From contig CM121343.1 in NCBI GenBank assembly GCA_051530055.1, forward strand, positions 7,038,389 to 7,102,388: a DNA stretch of 64,000 nucleotides, given 5' to 3'. A model generated the notes under the pieces. That model saw only the letters and a program-made list of their open reading frames with translations, made no database searches and was not told the DNA's origin. How positions within the stretch are numbered: position 1 is the first letter of the stretch; each line of letters starts with the position of its first letter. This document shows, one piece after another, positions 24,225 through 36,944 of this stretch. This DNA is from Neoechinorhynchus agilis. Lineage: Eukaryota; Animalia; Acanthocephala. The position numbers were made by a program, and so were the translations under genes.

Positions 24225-25404
24225 TTACTCGTATTGATATAAGACGTCTAGGTCGGAAATAACTGCGGAAAAATAGGATGTTCCAGATTCGTTCGATAAT
24301 ACCCATGTCGAGTCGTATATTGTATCATTTGAGCGAACAGAAATAATGTCCAAGATCTTAAAGAGGTTTTCCGGAGATAGTAGAAGACGATCGGCTAGCA
24401 TTAAGGCATTTTCAATTGTCGTCCTTCGTGAATCATCTCAGACGTGGATTCGCAATAGTCATAGAGCGTAACTTCTGCGAATTCACGGCCTAATGGATCA
24501 TTAATACTCCTGTCGTAATTCGTCTGAACTAAAAACCAGTCTTTTTCCCGAGGGTAAAGGAACTCCAATGTATTATTGTTTTGAAGTTTTGTAATGATTA
24601 AACCACACTCGGGTGACATAAAACTGAAATATGATATGACTCCAGTTTTAGCTTTGTTTAAATAAACGATCAAATCACCGCTGACTGCTCCGTAGTCAAG
24701 AGCAGCGGTTCGCATCGTTGTTGACAGTGATTGCACATGACCGCTCACTATGTCCCGAGCTACATCCGCAAGGGATATTGGGTTTCTATCAGTTGATACA
24801 TACAAGCTAAATTTGTTGGAACCAAAAGTATAGAAGCCAATGATGGGCATAATCATAATGGCCGTTCCTGCGGGTTTTCCATTGCGTACCAGATTCGCAA
24901 TGAAAGTACATTTTCGTAAGCGATAAGCCACGGGTTTGTGTGCGAAATCGAAATTGCGGGCCGAAAATGAATTTTCTTTATATCCGTACAGCATTAAGAC
25001 TGAATCTCGAACATTTGAAAGTTCCACCAGGAATTGAAGTGCAACTATCTTGTGCAAATCGACATTGGTGAGTCTAGATAAAGAACGCATTTCTTCAATA
25101 TACCGTTTATTGCTTAGATTCTAAATGCGACAAACTCCTTATATAGAACCAATGTATTCTGAAAAATCAGTTCCAGCAGTTTGTTAGACTCACAAATTAG
25201 TTCAAAAAGCTTCCTAACAACCAGCGGAACTTCATTATAGAAGGATTCAGCAAAGTCCTGAATATAGTCGATCAATTCGATTGCTGGTTCAGCAAATACG
25301 TCATCGGGTTTTGCATCCAGATCGATTACAAATGTGAGTGGTTCATAGACATTATTAGTCAATGTGAGCCGAACCAAGAATGCGAAAGTTGCAATTAGGT
25401 GCAT
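24225..25404 (-). CDS. Acid ceramidase/NAAA-like Ntn-hydrolase, catalytic Cys absent
   Basis: Signal peptide, VIDLD, YIEEMR, ARNFDF, ECGLIITK and WFLVQTNYD follow ASAH1/NAAA. Probable short introns near 25120-25150 and about 24393-24441; last exon ends YQYE*. Confidence 0.82.
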
Positions 25405-26109
25405 TAAGGTAGACGAAATTGAGGGAGAGATCGTGTATTTATCCTCACACTGAAGAGGATGCTAGGCTTAAGACATTTTTGATCGAACATATCTACCCTC
25501 CTCACCAACCATATCGTATCTGACTGCATTCCTAGTCTTTGCATGAGAAAGCGCAGATAGCACTATCATAGGAAAAATCGAGAGCACAGAAGGATAATTA
25601 TTCACTGAGTAGTTATCTGAACGCACCACCATTAACCTATTCATACACACAAAGCTCAGAATTTGATATAATCCTCGCTTTTTTTGTCTATGCACCCAAT
25701 TGGACAATGAATTATTTTATAGAACAGCGAACTACTCGTTAATTCAAGTCGTAAAAATCCCCTTGAAAATACATTGCATAATGTATGAACCACATTCGTT
25801 TTGCCTGAAAACGATGTGAGTAGTCCCACGATTACTGTGTTGTCTTACCCATCTTTCCCAAGAGGCACAAAGATAACTTTACCCGCATTCTATCCCATCG
25901 ATTTTAGCGGTCTAAGATCGCGAGTCGAAAAGTTCCTTTGAGACGCAATGAGCCGATAACAATCTCTGAAATAAACTACTAAACTGTTTGGCTTAAAACA
26001 GTACAATGTTCACTTTCAGACGATCAACCAAACGATGGCGATTAATTTTACTTATTTTATATAAAATTACAGAGGGCAGCAATAGTTTACGGTTAGAGCG
26101 AATCTACCC

Positions 26110-26890
26110 ACATAATATCGAGGCTTCGGACTTCGTCCCTCATTTCACTTTGCGAAAGTCGTGAGAGCATTTGTGAAAAAGACAACGAAAGCGACACGCA
26201 CTCGCCTTTTGGTCGGCTAAAACCGAACTGCCCGAAGCACCAGAAATGAACAGCAAACAGCCACCTTGAGATTTTCCAATCGTTCAAATGTTGCACAAAT
26301 TGCTACAAGACCAAATTTACGAGACGCCCCCTGATCGCATGCTCAACCAGGGATACCGGCGTGCTGCTTGAAGCAATTCCATCAGCGTAATCGGGAACTC
26401 TGCTGGACGAATAAACTCTTTGAATCGCCCTGTGCCTGAAATTTGTCCGTAATATTTGCGTCCCTCACAAATGCCGATGTGGATCACTGATGGACGCAAA
26501 GGTCATACAGGGGTTATCGTGTAGCCGGTCGCCAGGAAGATTCTCGAGACAATCCGGAATCAAAATGATCATCAGTAAGGCACTGACTTCGATCCACATT
26601 CCCATAATCTTTTTGAACTACTAATCTTTGCAGATCTGACGGCAAGCGTCCGTCAGGATCAGTGGCCACAGAAGCAGAGCAAAAGAAATTTCTAAATCAA
26701 CTTTGTCTCCTTTGGAGCGGAGATTTGTGAGCCATAGGATAGTCGGCGCAGAACCTGATGGGTGATATTTGAAGACGTATGAGGATTACCACGAAGGATT
26801 ATCGCGTGGCAGCATCCTTCCGCCAGAATATTGCAACCCGGCGAGCTAATACCGCCAGCGTAAGGATGACTGCGGCGCTGGATTAACTCC
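26110..26890 (+). mobile_element. Degenerate CRE-clade non-LTR retrotransposon, 3' part (REL endonuclease)
   Basis: Frameshifted GTLLDE..IALCL..HKCRCG, ALTSIHIP, LCRSDGKRP and RRANTASV align to the copy at 57039-57755. Confidence 0.75.
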
Positions 26891-27201
26891 TTTACCTGAA
26901 AAAAATGAAGAAGTTAATATTTTTATATAGATGTTCTATCACACATTTCACTCGCCAATGCGGAATTGCATTCATTTAGGTAGACTTCATAGAAGTACAC
27001 AAGTTTGAAAACTTAAAACAATTTAGATCTCGTTTTCATTGATGTTTATGCTTGCTAAATAGCTGGATACATTCGCCGAAGGTTCACGTTTTCTGCTCGA
27101 TACCTATTTTCTCAACTTACTGGGTTAAAAAAATTTAGAAATCCATATTTTTCCTTACAAGAAACTCTCAATTTAACCTGCCAACTAAAAGAAACAATAT
27201 T

Positions 27202-28778
27202 TTATTTAACGATTCCACAAAATATAGCGATTAAAAATACAAGATAGAAAAGCGAACTTTTATGTTGCCAAGAATGTCTTGTATTCGACGCTAGAATTTT
27301 ATGCGGGTAAAATATTCTATTCTCAGTCGATTGCTTCCATACATGCAATTTGCTATCGATAAACTCGTCAAGCTGGGTTTTCGCGGAATATTGGAATAAT
27401 GGACATGACTCATTTGCCTTGCTTTTCCGACGGACGGATTCACATTTGCATGGTATTGTTTGTTGTTGATCATTCGGAGGGCACATAGTTGGATCAACTA
27501 GCGAAATGCTGGTTACAGTAGATCGATTTCTTCTCAAATCGTCTGAAAGTTGTTGATGAACAATGCATCTCGTCGCATTTTGACTCCGGGAGATCAGTAA
27601 ATGAATATAGTTAAGAATGGAGCACGAACATGATTGTGGGACATTTCGGGAAATATCTAATTTGATTCTATCACCCAATTTTTCGATTCGGGATAAAGCT
27701 TCAACTGCTTGTACTCCAGCGTCCTTACTTCCGGTCAGAGATTGGAGCGAAACAATAGTCGTGGTGCAATATATACGAGGGACTTGCTTCTTTATAAAGC
27801 AAAAGAAAGTGCAATCGATTTCATTGATTGGATTTCCATCTAACTGAAGATTACAACAAATTCTCTCAACGTTTAAAGTTTTACGATTGAGAGCGTTCAT
27901 TTACAAAGTGACGGCATTTTCGAGATCACAGGAACCACCAATTGTTCAATCATATTAAAATGAATAAGAAGTGTTTTAAGCGACGTTGAAGCGAATGCCG
28001 GTATGTACTTAAGTTTATTGTGGCTTAAATCGACGTGTTTTAATCGTGCCAGGTTAGTAAAAATAGTGGGTTTAATGGCTTCAATTTGGCATGAGCTGAG
28101 ATTAAGAACGACGAGTCGGTGTAAATAGTCGAAGCAGTTATTGCAAAGAAGCGAAAACCTATTTCCAGATAAATCAAAATAGGCCAGCCTTGTATAGAAG
28201 ACGCGATGGGTTGCTTCTAAAGTTCGTTCATCTGCTTTGATGGAGTGTATTCTTAATTTCAAGACATTTTGGGGAAGATGAAGATAAATATAGAAGATTT
28301 TAAAGGGGTTTTCACTGAGATCCAACTCGCGAAGGTTAGTGATATTATCAAAAGTGCCGTCATGGATGTGGCTAAGTTTGTTTCTTGACAGGTCTAGTCG
28401 GCTCAGTCGACGAATTCGTTCGAAGCCTCCAGGTAATATTTCCATAATTTGATTTCCATGAAGGATAAGAGTTTCAATTTGCAACGAAGCGAATTGATAT
28501 TTTATAATTTTCGTGATGCGATTGTTCGAATAATCGATTATATCCCAAATATGGTCGTGTGGCAGGAATAATGCTCGTGTTAGTGGTGATGATAAGCCGT
28601 CCTTGGGATCAAGACGACAAGTCAGGTTTCGGCTGTATAAACTTTGATTTGAGCGGCGATGATGATGATGAACACTTGTATAGCATGTACATATATCAGG
28701 AATCACTAGATCTTCGCATTTATCTCTTACGTACGACAACGTGATTGACGAGAATGTGAGTAGCATGAGTGGAAGCAT
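27202..28778 (-). CDS. Leucine-rich repeat surface protein (signal peptide, LRRNT, LRRs, LRRCT, C-terminal hydrophobic anchor)
   Basis: MLPLMLLTFSS signal; CTC cap; repeated LxxLxLxxNxL; CSC cap; ends LFYLVFLIAIFCGIVK*. The two ORFs are probably joined by a short intron near 27860-27910. Confidence 0.85.
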
Positions 28779-29672
28779 TTTTGACAGCAGTGCATTCAAT
28801 TCGTTGTCTTAACGTTCGGTCATGGAACCTGACGTGAGGCAGAATGGGGGGGGCAGATTATCGTTTGAGATAAATGTCATTCGATAGTATCGGAGGAGAA
28901 AGAGCTGTATTCGGTTAGTGACGGTGGAGTAAGCGTTTTTGGCTATGAAAAAGGAACATCACAATGTGGATATACGGTGCTTTTACACGCGAGATATCAA
29001 CGGAAACGATTTAGCAGCCGACTAGTCACAACCGATCAGCCTCTAAGCTTTATCCACGTTGCTGCTGTTGAAGAATAGAAACAAGAGTCTGTGCATATAC
29101 AAAGCCCACCTCGCTGGTCAGTGGAAGGAGCAAAGCACATTAAAAGAACTGTCAAAACTAAAAGCTTACCAGACAAAAGCTTTACACTGATTGAGTATAA
29201 ATGGATGAGTTAGATCGATTTGACAGTTAGGGAAGTGCTGTAAAAGTACGCATAGGATGGATACATACAATGCTAAATGTCTTGGGGAGTAATAAATGCC
29301 AAGAAGCCCAAAGCATTTCAGCACATTTATAGGCGAAATTGTTCGTTTGGAAAAAAAAGAGAAATGCCTAATGCGCAATAAAAAATGAACATTGCATTTA
29401 ATCTCGAGCCAAAATGTAATATTTTAGACGTTTTCCCAGAGCAGATAGAGGTATCAGTTCTATTATTTTCGCACACTCTCGCACGGGGTACAATCGACAA
29501 GTGTCACTGCAGTACTGAATGGTTTTATCGGAGGATAGTTGGAAAGGAGACCTCTAGAGCAGTAGTATCTGCACTCATTGTGGCGTATTTCGTTGGCAAA
29601 TGTTAATCGGTTGTCTCCTCCGAGCCTCTTCGACGACAACTACCATGTTTTTGTTTCCATCATGACTGCAGA

Positions 29673-31685
29673 CTAATCCTCCAAACTGGAATCGAGTGTG
29701 CGTAGTATACGAGATCTCGAAAACGTGGTAAGTAAACGAAATATGATCGGAGCCGGCACCGTTACGGTATTCTGTGCTTCATCCGTCATTACGCGATTAA
29801 TATTTACAATTCGGGATATCTTCGACGGATCCTGACTGGATTTTCCATCGACGTACCAAACCTTCACATCATGACTGATTCCGCTGGAGGCAAACATAAA
29901 TCTGTCCTGTTCAGGGTGAGGCTGAATGCAATTGACCACACGAGAATCTCCCTCGTATATTGCTACTATTTTCCCGTTGTTTTTATTCCAGACAAATATA
30001 TGTCCACAATCAGATCCGGACATTACGTGATTATCTCCCCAAAATGCACATTCTTTAATCACAGTTCTCACGTTACGGTGACCTGAAAACCTTCTCACAT
30101 CTACAATTTCCGCGACATGTCGTTTTGAAATTGGATCGGAAAAACCAAGTGAACCGGTGCCTGCGAAGGAACTAAGACCGCAAGTCTGATCGGAACGATA
30201 TCCACGACGAACAAACTGCCGTTCGCGTCTTTGTCTTCGATTTGTGATACCTCGTAGTAAAATATCTGTAGGCGATGGCTGAACGGATGACGAGGGATTA
30301 TCACTTGAATCCAAATCTTCATCCGGTGTAGTATTTTCCACTGCAAAAGTGCTTGCTAGTATACGGAACATCCACTAAGCAAGTACCAATGCTCGTACGC
30401 TATCTCCTTCCGATGAGGAGTCAGATGATTCAAAGTTGTCATTTTGATTTGATATCCGTGTTGTAATATCATCCACAAGTCGCCTTACAACCCGATCGTC
30501 TCTATTATGCAACACTTGTTCAGAGATGGAAGGATCAAACCTTTCCGACGATCTTCTTTGAGGTTCTTCATCCGGAAGCAACAATTGATACATAACATTT
30601 GCAAGCCGATCTACCGCATCCCCTCCTGATGTTTCCCGAATGGGTCTTGAATCGGGACCCGTGTCAGACCAATCACCTCGTATTCTGAGTCTCTTTGGAA
30701 ATCTAGCTGGAGGTCCGTTGGCACCCGAGCCTGCCGCTTCATCCGATTCTGTAGTACTAGTAGCACTGTGCAAGCAATACCGGTTTGATTGTTGCATGTA
30801 CCGAGGTAAGTAAAGGCAAATGTCCCCAGCCGAAAAACTAACCAATAATTCATCTCCACGTTCATGATACTTAGTACACGTGACCCTAAAGAAAGAAGTT
30901 CTTTAAGGGTCATTCAAGAACTTCCTTGGCATACATTTTGTGATTCTGCGTGAGTTTGAAACGGGTAAAGAAGGTCGGCTGGTGGCAAACGGTCTTTTTG
31001 TTTTTCTCATATCATAAAGTCTCACGACTCCATCAGAGCAACCCACGGCTAATTCATGATGTCGAGTAGGGCAGATATCCATCGAATTTACACTGATTTG
31101 GCAGTCTATAAAAACGTGTTTAGGGCAGTGGCTCGATCGAAGCGGTCGGTTCCTTATACCACTGTTTGGTGTTGCGCAACTTGTGGCCATCCTTAAGTCA
31201 TACAACCGTACAGTTCCATCCTCTGAACAAGCCAGAAACACGTTCGGACAATTGGGAAATGGCCGTAATTCATAGACCGGTCCTCGTCCAACGCAACAGT
31301 TGAAAACATTGGTCTCTTGGGGTCTGTTCAGATCTGTCAATATCACCATGCCATCACTGGAGCATGAAACTACCCTGCAATCCGATGATTTATATAGAAA
31401 CCGCACGCAAAATATATTGTCCGCATGGCTTGTTTCGACTCTTGTTAGCTGCTCGCCTGTTTCAACATCATTCAAAATAAGACATCGATCATCTCCTGCG
31501 GATAATAAATGCGTCCACGGGCTTTGCTCCGCCCAGCAAACGGTATTGACGCAGCCTTGATGATGTTGGAGCCGCTTATCGATTTTAAACCGACGGACGA
31601 GCCATTCGGAACATCGAAGCTGGTGTATGCTTTGTTCAGGGTTTGAAGCGTAACGAAGGCAATTTAGGTACTGAAACGTATCCAT
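29673..31685 (-). CDS. DCAF6: DDB1- and CUL4-associated WD40 factor 6
   Basis: HQGCVNTVCW, LLSAGDD, HADNIF, SEDGTVRLYDLR and FSGHRNVRTVIKECAFWGDNHVMSGSDCGHIFVW..VVNCIQPHP match DCAF6; short introns join the ORFs. Confidence 0.88.
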
Positions 31686-32439
31686 TTATTGCGATGACTA
31701 AATCCGTCCGTCAATCGTATAGATCTCCGTCTACTAACTATGAATAAGGAAGTGATAGTGCGTCCGCGTTGCACTAAGCTCATAGAAAAATCTGTGGGAA
31801 GGAAGCTAACAGGGAAATGAAAAAGCTGACGTTGTACGGACTTATAAGTAGTAATGAGGAAGTGGTAGTGTGTTGGGTGGGATATGGGGGAGGGGGTTCT
31901 GTTTGCCACCGTAGCAAACGCGGAGATGTCATTTTGCAGCGATGACACTGGGAGCAGCTTTCTAGCCCAAACGTTATTGCGATCCGGGAAAAAGACGGTG
32001 AATCATTACTAGTAAGTACGTGAACGTCGACTAAAACAAAGGTAAAACAAAAATAAACGGAAACCGAGCCTAACCAATACGTTAATCGTCAAAATATTAG
32101 CTTTTACCTATAGAGCGTATCGTGTTAGGTTGAAGCTAAGCTAGTGAAACCGTGAAAGACCCATTTGAATTTGTTAAACCGCTTTTAAGTGTGATTATAG
32201 CCATCGAAAACAACAACAACAACAACAATTTAAAATAAACAAAATACGCGGTCCAGCGAAGGGCTATCGTGTTTTAGAATTTTAATTGAAATTCTATTTT
32301 AGGCAAAAGAACACTCAAATGCGGAGTAGACCGAGATCACAATAAACATTTAGGAAAAAAAGAAATACATGCGGTTGGGAAATATCAGCCGACAATGAAA
32401 CAAATGATAAAAAAACATGCGGTTGAACAAACCGATTTC

Positions 32440-32630
32440 GTAGTTGTGTAGAAGTGGTCTAATAGACTTGAACCCCGAATCCCTGTTTTAGGGTCAAAGG
32501 GTTTGAATCCACGATCGCCAATGACTCACAACCAAAGGGGACGAAATACCTCGATGAAAAGAGGAAACTCACTGATGAGCCCCGCCAGGATCCAGAGAGA
32601 TGTACGAACTCTTAACGTTTCATCAGAGTT
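32440..32630 (+). mobile_element. tRNA(Ser-like)-derived SINE, family G
   Basis: Head GTAGTTGTGTAGAAGTGGTCTAATAGACTTGAA..GGTTTGAATCC resembles a serine tRNA with A/B boxes; body shared with 49817-50038 and 50181-50412. Confidence 0.6.
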
Positions 32631-33418
32631 TAAATGGGTATATCATTTCTCTGATGTGAAACATTAAATTTCTCCGACCGCCGAAAGTTCTAATTTACAT
32701 CAATAGAAAAGAAATATAGCAAATGAAAGAGTTTAACAGAGGGCCTTTAATTGTTTGAAGAATATCCAACCATAAAAAGGATGAAAAGAAGAAATCCACA
32801 CAGTCAGAAGACCGTTTGTTGCGTGGTGCGTTTCAAATTTGACTCCAGTTCTAAGGTTGAACGGTGTGTTGTTACATAAATATTGATTTTTGACTAAGAA
32901 TGGAAATAATACGAATGCTTTTAAACAACGGTCCATGTAATTTAGTTAAAGCTCCTTTAGATTTCAAAAAATTTCGTTTGAGATAGTCGTAGTTCTAACT
33001 GAGAAAAATACTTCTTTATGTTCTGAAAAAAGACGTTGAAGAGAAATGCCTTGTGTAGGAGGGAACGTTTTCTAAGTGTGGGTTCTTTTCCCAAGAGAGT
33101 AGCACCATGGGTACACAACGATTAATGATAAAAAAAACAATTGATTGTACTCGTATTTTGCTCTATGAAGTGAAACTACTAAGGCGAATTGCTTCTAATA
33201 TTGAGTATTGTGCAATCTCAAGGCATCTCAGAATGTCGTTGCGTACTTTTAAAGTTCCTCCAGTCTCTTGTGAATGGTAGAAAGTGTCACGACAAAGACA
33301 GATCTAAGCATGTTGACGCTCCCGTCTAAGCCAAAGTCACAGTAGAGTACTGAAATCTATATTGCCGGACCCAAAAACTTGGAGCTTTGAAAGTTCTTAC
33401 CTTAAATTCATTGGCAAA

Positions 33419-35908
33419 TCAAAGTATTTCTACCACACTAAAAACCAATTGTTGACAAAGATTGGAAGAATAGCGACCGCCTTTATAATGTGCACTTGCT
33501 GTTGTTGATGAATGTGACCTGTGGTCAGTTGCAGGCCCGGTAAATGGTTTTTTTATTAAAGACGTTGATGATGAATCCGACGAGATTTGCCGGGTACCCA
33601 TCGGGTATCGTTTTGTGGGATATTCACTCCAGTAGAGTATAATGTTTATTAAAGCAAAGGTAAACATAGAAACCGTTATTTGATGATATTATGACTTCCA
33701 TAGAACTGTACAAGAAAGTTGAAGACACTCAACTCGTTCCAATCGGATCCTTCTGGTGAAAGACGGTCGAAGCAACCGACGCAATCGTGTTCATCTGGAA
33801 ATTGTTTTTTTGGCCAGCATGGATCCTCGGTTATATCGCCCGCTATGTGCTGATTAACGTGATTATGAACTGAATATATGGAGATTATGAACCTAAGACG
33901 TTCTATGAGTTGGCTTACTTTTCCATAAGTACATAATGGCATGATCACTTTCGTTAGGCAGTTTTGATCTGGCATCGGCAGTGCTCAGTTTAAAATGGTC
34001 GGCACATTGACTGCAGGAAAAGAACGATGTTATGTACACAGTGAACAGCTCGATGACATCTGAACCGGAATAGTGCCATCCAAGTGAGTCTTAAATAATA
34101 AATTCACAAATCTGAGATATAGTGACTGAAATACGGCATATATAAAATTTGTTTGGTCATATAGAGCTTCTTTTTTAATAGTTCTTGAGAAAAAAAACTT
34201 ATAAACAACCTGAAGATGTCCAACGAGACGGACGAAATATTGTGTGAAAAAGGGAATTATTAATCTCTATATCACACCAAACAAAATATATCCATGAACA
34301 ATTTCTTTATAAATACCGGCTTCATGAGCATGATGATAGTGTGATACGGTAAGTACATGAAAAAGCATCCACACCGAACAAGGATATCCGCGAAAATGCG
34401 GCTCCGATCCTGTACAATGACGCCATAATATCCTATCCGGCAAATAGGCGTCCATCTATTATTGAAGAAAGTATTTTTTATCGGACTTCTAACCAAATAC
34501 CAACCTGTCCAGTTCTTGCAATCATTCCAAACTCATGACCCAGCAATGGTGAAGCAACTTTGCTCAATTGTTGATCTAGTAGGAACAAATATCTTCGGAC
34601 GTGTCGCCGCCCAGGAAAAAACTACAATTGTAAGTTAAAAATGAAAAACTTTTATATACTTACCAAACATAAGAATTTCACCCATCTTTTAATAAACCCG
34701 AGTTTATCCGCATCAATAAAATTCCTTCCTGGAATCTCAATCCGAAACATGTAATGGAGACATGACTCTAAATCATCCATGTAAAGATGCCGACGGTAGC
34801 TAAGTTAACTGTTCGTTATTAACGTACAATGGAGCGGTTGAGTACCTTTCGGGTATCGATCGAAGGCAAGTCTTTGAAATCGTATGTTCATCCATTTCCA
34901 ACTCGTCGTTGAAAAAGAAATCCAAATTGATTTGAAATTTCTTCAATAAATCGACTAAAATACTTCTGAAGTAACGTCTCACAACGGCCCTTATATTGAA
35001 CTAATATTATTCTAAATTAAGGAAAAATTGATTGGAACCTATTTTCTTCAATATTTGCCATCGAATAGTTTATCAGGCTTTGGTTATCGATTCGAGTTAC
35101 TGTTTTATCAACGTTATTAAATAATATCATGGCCGGCGGAACTGTGTTGATATTGAAGAAGTTAGCTTGATCGTAGCTGGTACGATATATTGGCAAAATG
35201 GAGTCATATTGAGCGAAATCGAACATTATCTTCAAAAAGCGAAATCAAACTTTCTGAGCAGCGTTAATTGACAACTTACTGCTCTACTGACAGGATCGGA
35301 GATGTCTGGATCAACAAGGACAATAAATCTGAAGTTATACCGTGAGCCCAGTTGTTGAATATCGAAATAACTAGATTGTTAATGTTGTGTGAATAATGAA
35401 GATTCAATCGCTTACCTTATTTGGGTTAGATGTGGCCAATTGGGACCGTGATCAATGACCGAACTTAGGCAATCAATCACGATTTGTAATAATGGAACGG
35501 TAAAAAGTTCTTTAGCAGTAATCATCTTGGGCATCACCATTGGATGCGCATGTCTTGGAATAAACTATGAAGTGCTCGGCGATATTGTTGAAAAAATAAC
35601 ATTCTTCAAGTCTCACAAGTAAAGCGGGGTACCGCTCCAATCCGAACGTAGCACAGAACTGTCCATCTTGACAGTCGAGAGAAGCGAATTTAACCAAATT
35701 ATTCCATGCTATGAGCAAAAATGTGATTTGTGTTCACTATGAACAAAACCTCACCGCCGTTCTCTTTAACAAATCTGCTGAATTTATCTCGAAATCTGAT
35801 ACAGTATCCACACCATGGAACATGTAAAACGACGAACCATGAAGTAGCCGAATTGTATACGGTCGAGTTAAAGGTGAATTTGTTTAGCGTTTCGATTAGT
35901 TCATTCAT
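33419..35908 (-). CDS. QSOX1: Quiescin sulfhydryl oxidase (Trx + Erv/ALR domains)
   Basis: PWCGYC thioredoxin motif, LDCQ..FC..YPAL, CTGSEPHFRGYPCSVWMLFHVLTV and WPKKQFP..DCVGC. The ends are uncertain; the first exon may lie near 36345-36400. Confidence 0.88.
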
Positions 35909-35959
35909 TGTTCTTCTAAAAGCATATTGACTGAGTGGAGGGACGGAGTTCTATAAGCA

Positions 35960-36360
35960 GCATTTTTTTAATACGGTGCAGAGTGTTGGCCGATAATAAC
36001 GAAGCATACTGAATGCCGACTAGCCGTCATGGACGAAGATGGATCAGTGGTTTCACCTTCAAAGATCACGTCCAAAATGAAGACATTCGGAATCGATATG
36101 GAGTGGCACCTATCACCATTAAAAGGCATCAAGCACGCCTACGATGGTCATGTAATGAAAGCGAACCCAATCGCCAAAACTGGTCTAGAACTCACAGTCG
36201 AAGGAATGAGATCGTCAAGACGCCCGAAGCAGCGATTGCTCGACATACTCAATGCTCAAGTTTGAATTAAAGAGGCCTCCGATCGGATATAAAGTGGCGA
36301 GTATGCGTGAATTGTGCCGCCCCTGCCATAGTGCCGGAAAAGGCCTAAGAACAACAACAA
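35960..36360 (+). mobile_element. RTE-clade retrotransposon 3' remnant
   Basis: GAECWP, WISG.T.KDHVQNEDIR..YGVAPI..ARLRW..HVM, VEG.RS.RRPK.R.LD; CAACAACAA tail. Confidence 0.8.
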
Positions 36361-36889
36361 AAACTACTTCAAACGCAAAGAAACATAATTTTCTAAACAT
36401 AGAGGAAAGCGGTTGGAGAGGTAGGAGTTGCGATGATATCATCATTTCAACATGAACGATAGATTCAACCCTTTACACGCACGAACACGCAGTACCACCG
36501 ACTTTTCGATATGAAGGCACGAAACACTCGTAGAGAACTAGAATGACACTTGAACGCAAGGTTGCTTGCCGGAGTAAGCGAAGTAGGACTTTGAAAAGAC
36601 TTCACTAATAACGTTCTTAAACTCACTTCAAAAACACCACCAAGAAAAACAAGTACGAGTTTTAACGAGGGGTTATGTTACGCTATTTATCCTCATCCAT
36701 ATTGACCTTGCTATGATTCCCATGCCACGTAGAGTTCTTATTACGTCATTGTTTTCAAGTGGGTTGACTCACTTAAATTTAATCGAGAACGAGGTCTGAG
36801 TGCATTGATGAGTCCGGTCATTAATCTAAAACGAGTCCAGGATTTAAATTCATAGATTTATTAGGCGAATAAGAAAACAACACGTTTTA

Positions 36890-36935
36890 TTTTGTTTAAG
36901 AAGAGGACCCATGTACCTCTGGGTCCTCGTGATCA
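36890..36935 (-). mobile_element. 3' terminal stem-loop of the APE-type LINE family
   Basis: GAGGACCCA-TGTACCTC-TGGGTCCTC (9-bp stem); homologous ends at about 54310, 62315 and 63985. Confidence 0.65.
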
Positions 36936-36944
36936 CTTTAGAGT

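Noticed and set aside
32440-32520. Functional tRNA gene
   Set aside because: Acceptor and anticodon stems do not pair properly; better explained as a SINE head
32535-32610. Hammerhead ribozyme core (GGGACGAAA...CTGATGAG) in SINE G
   Set aside because: The 25 nt between GAAA and CTGATGA cannot form both stems I and III, and the GACGAAA motif is absent from the other copies; an Infernal scan would settle it
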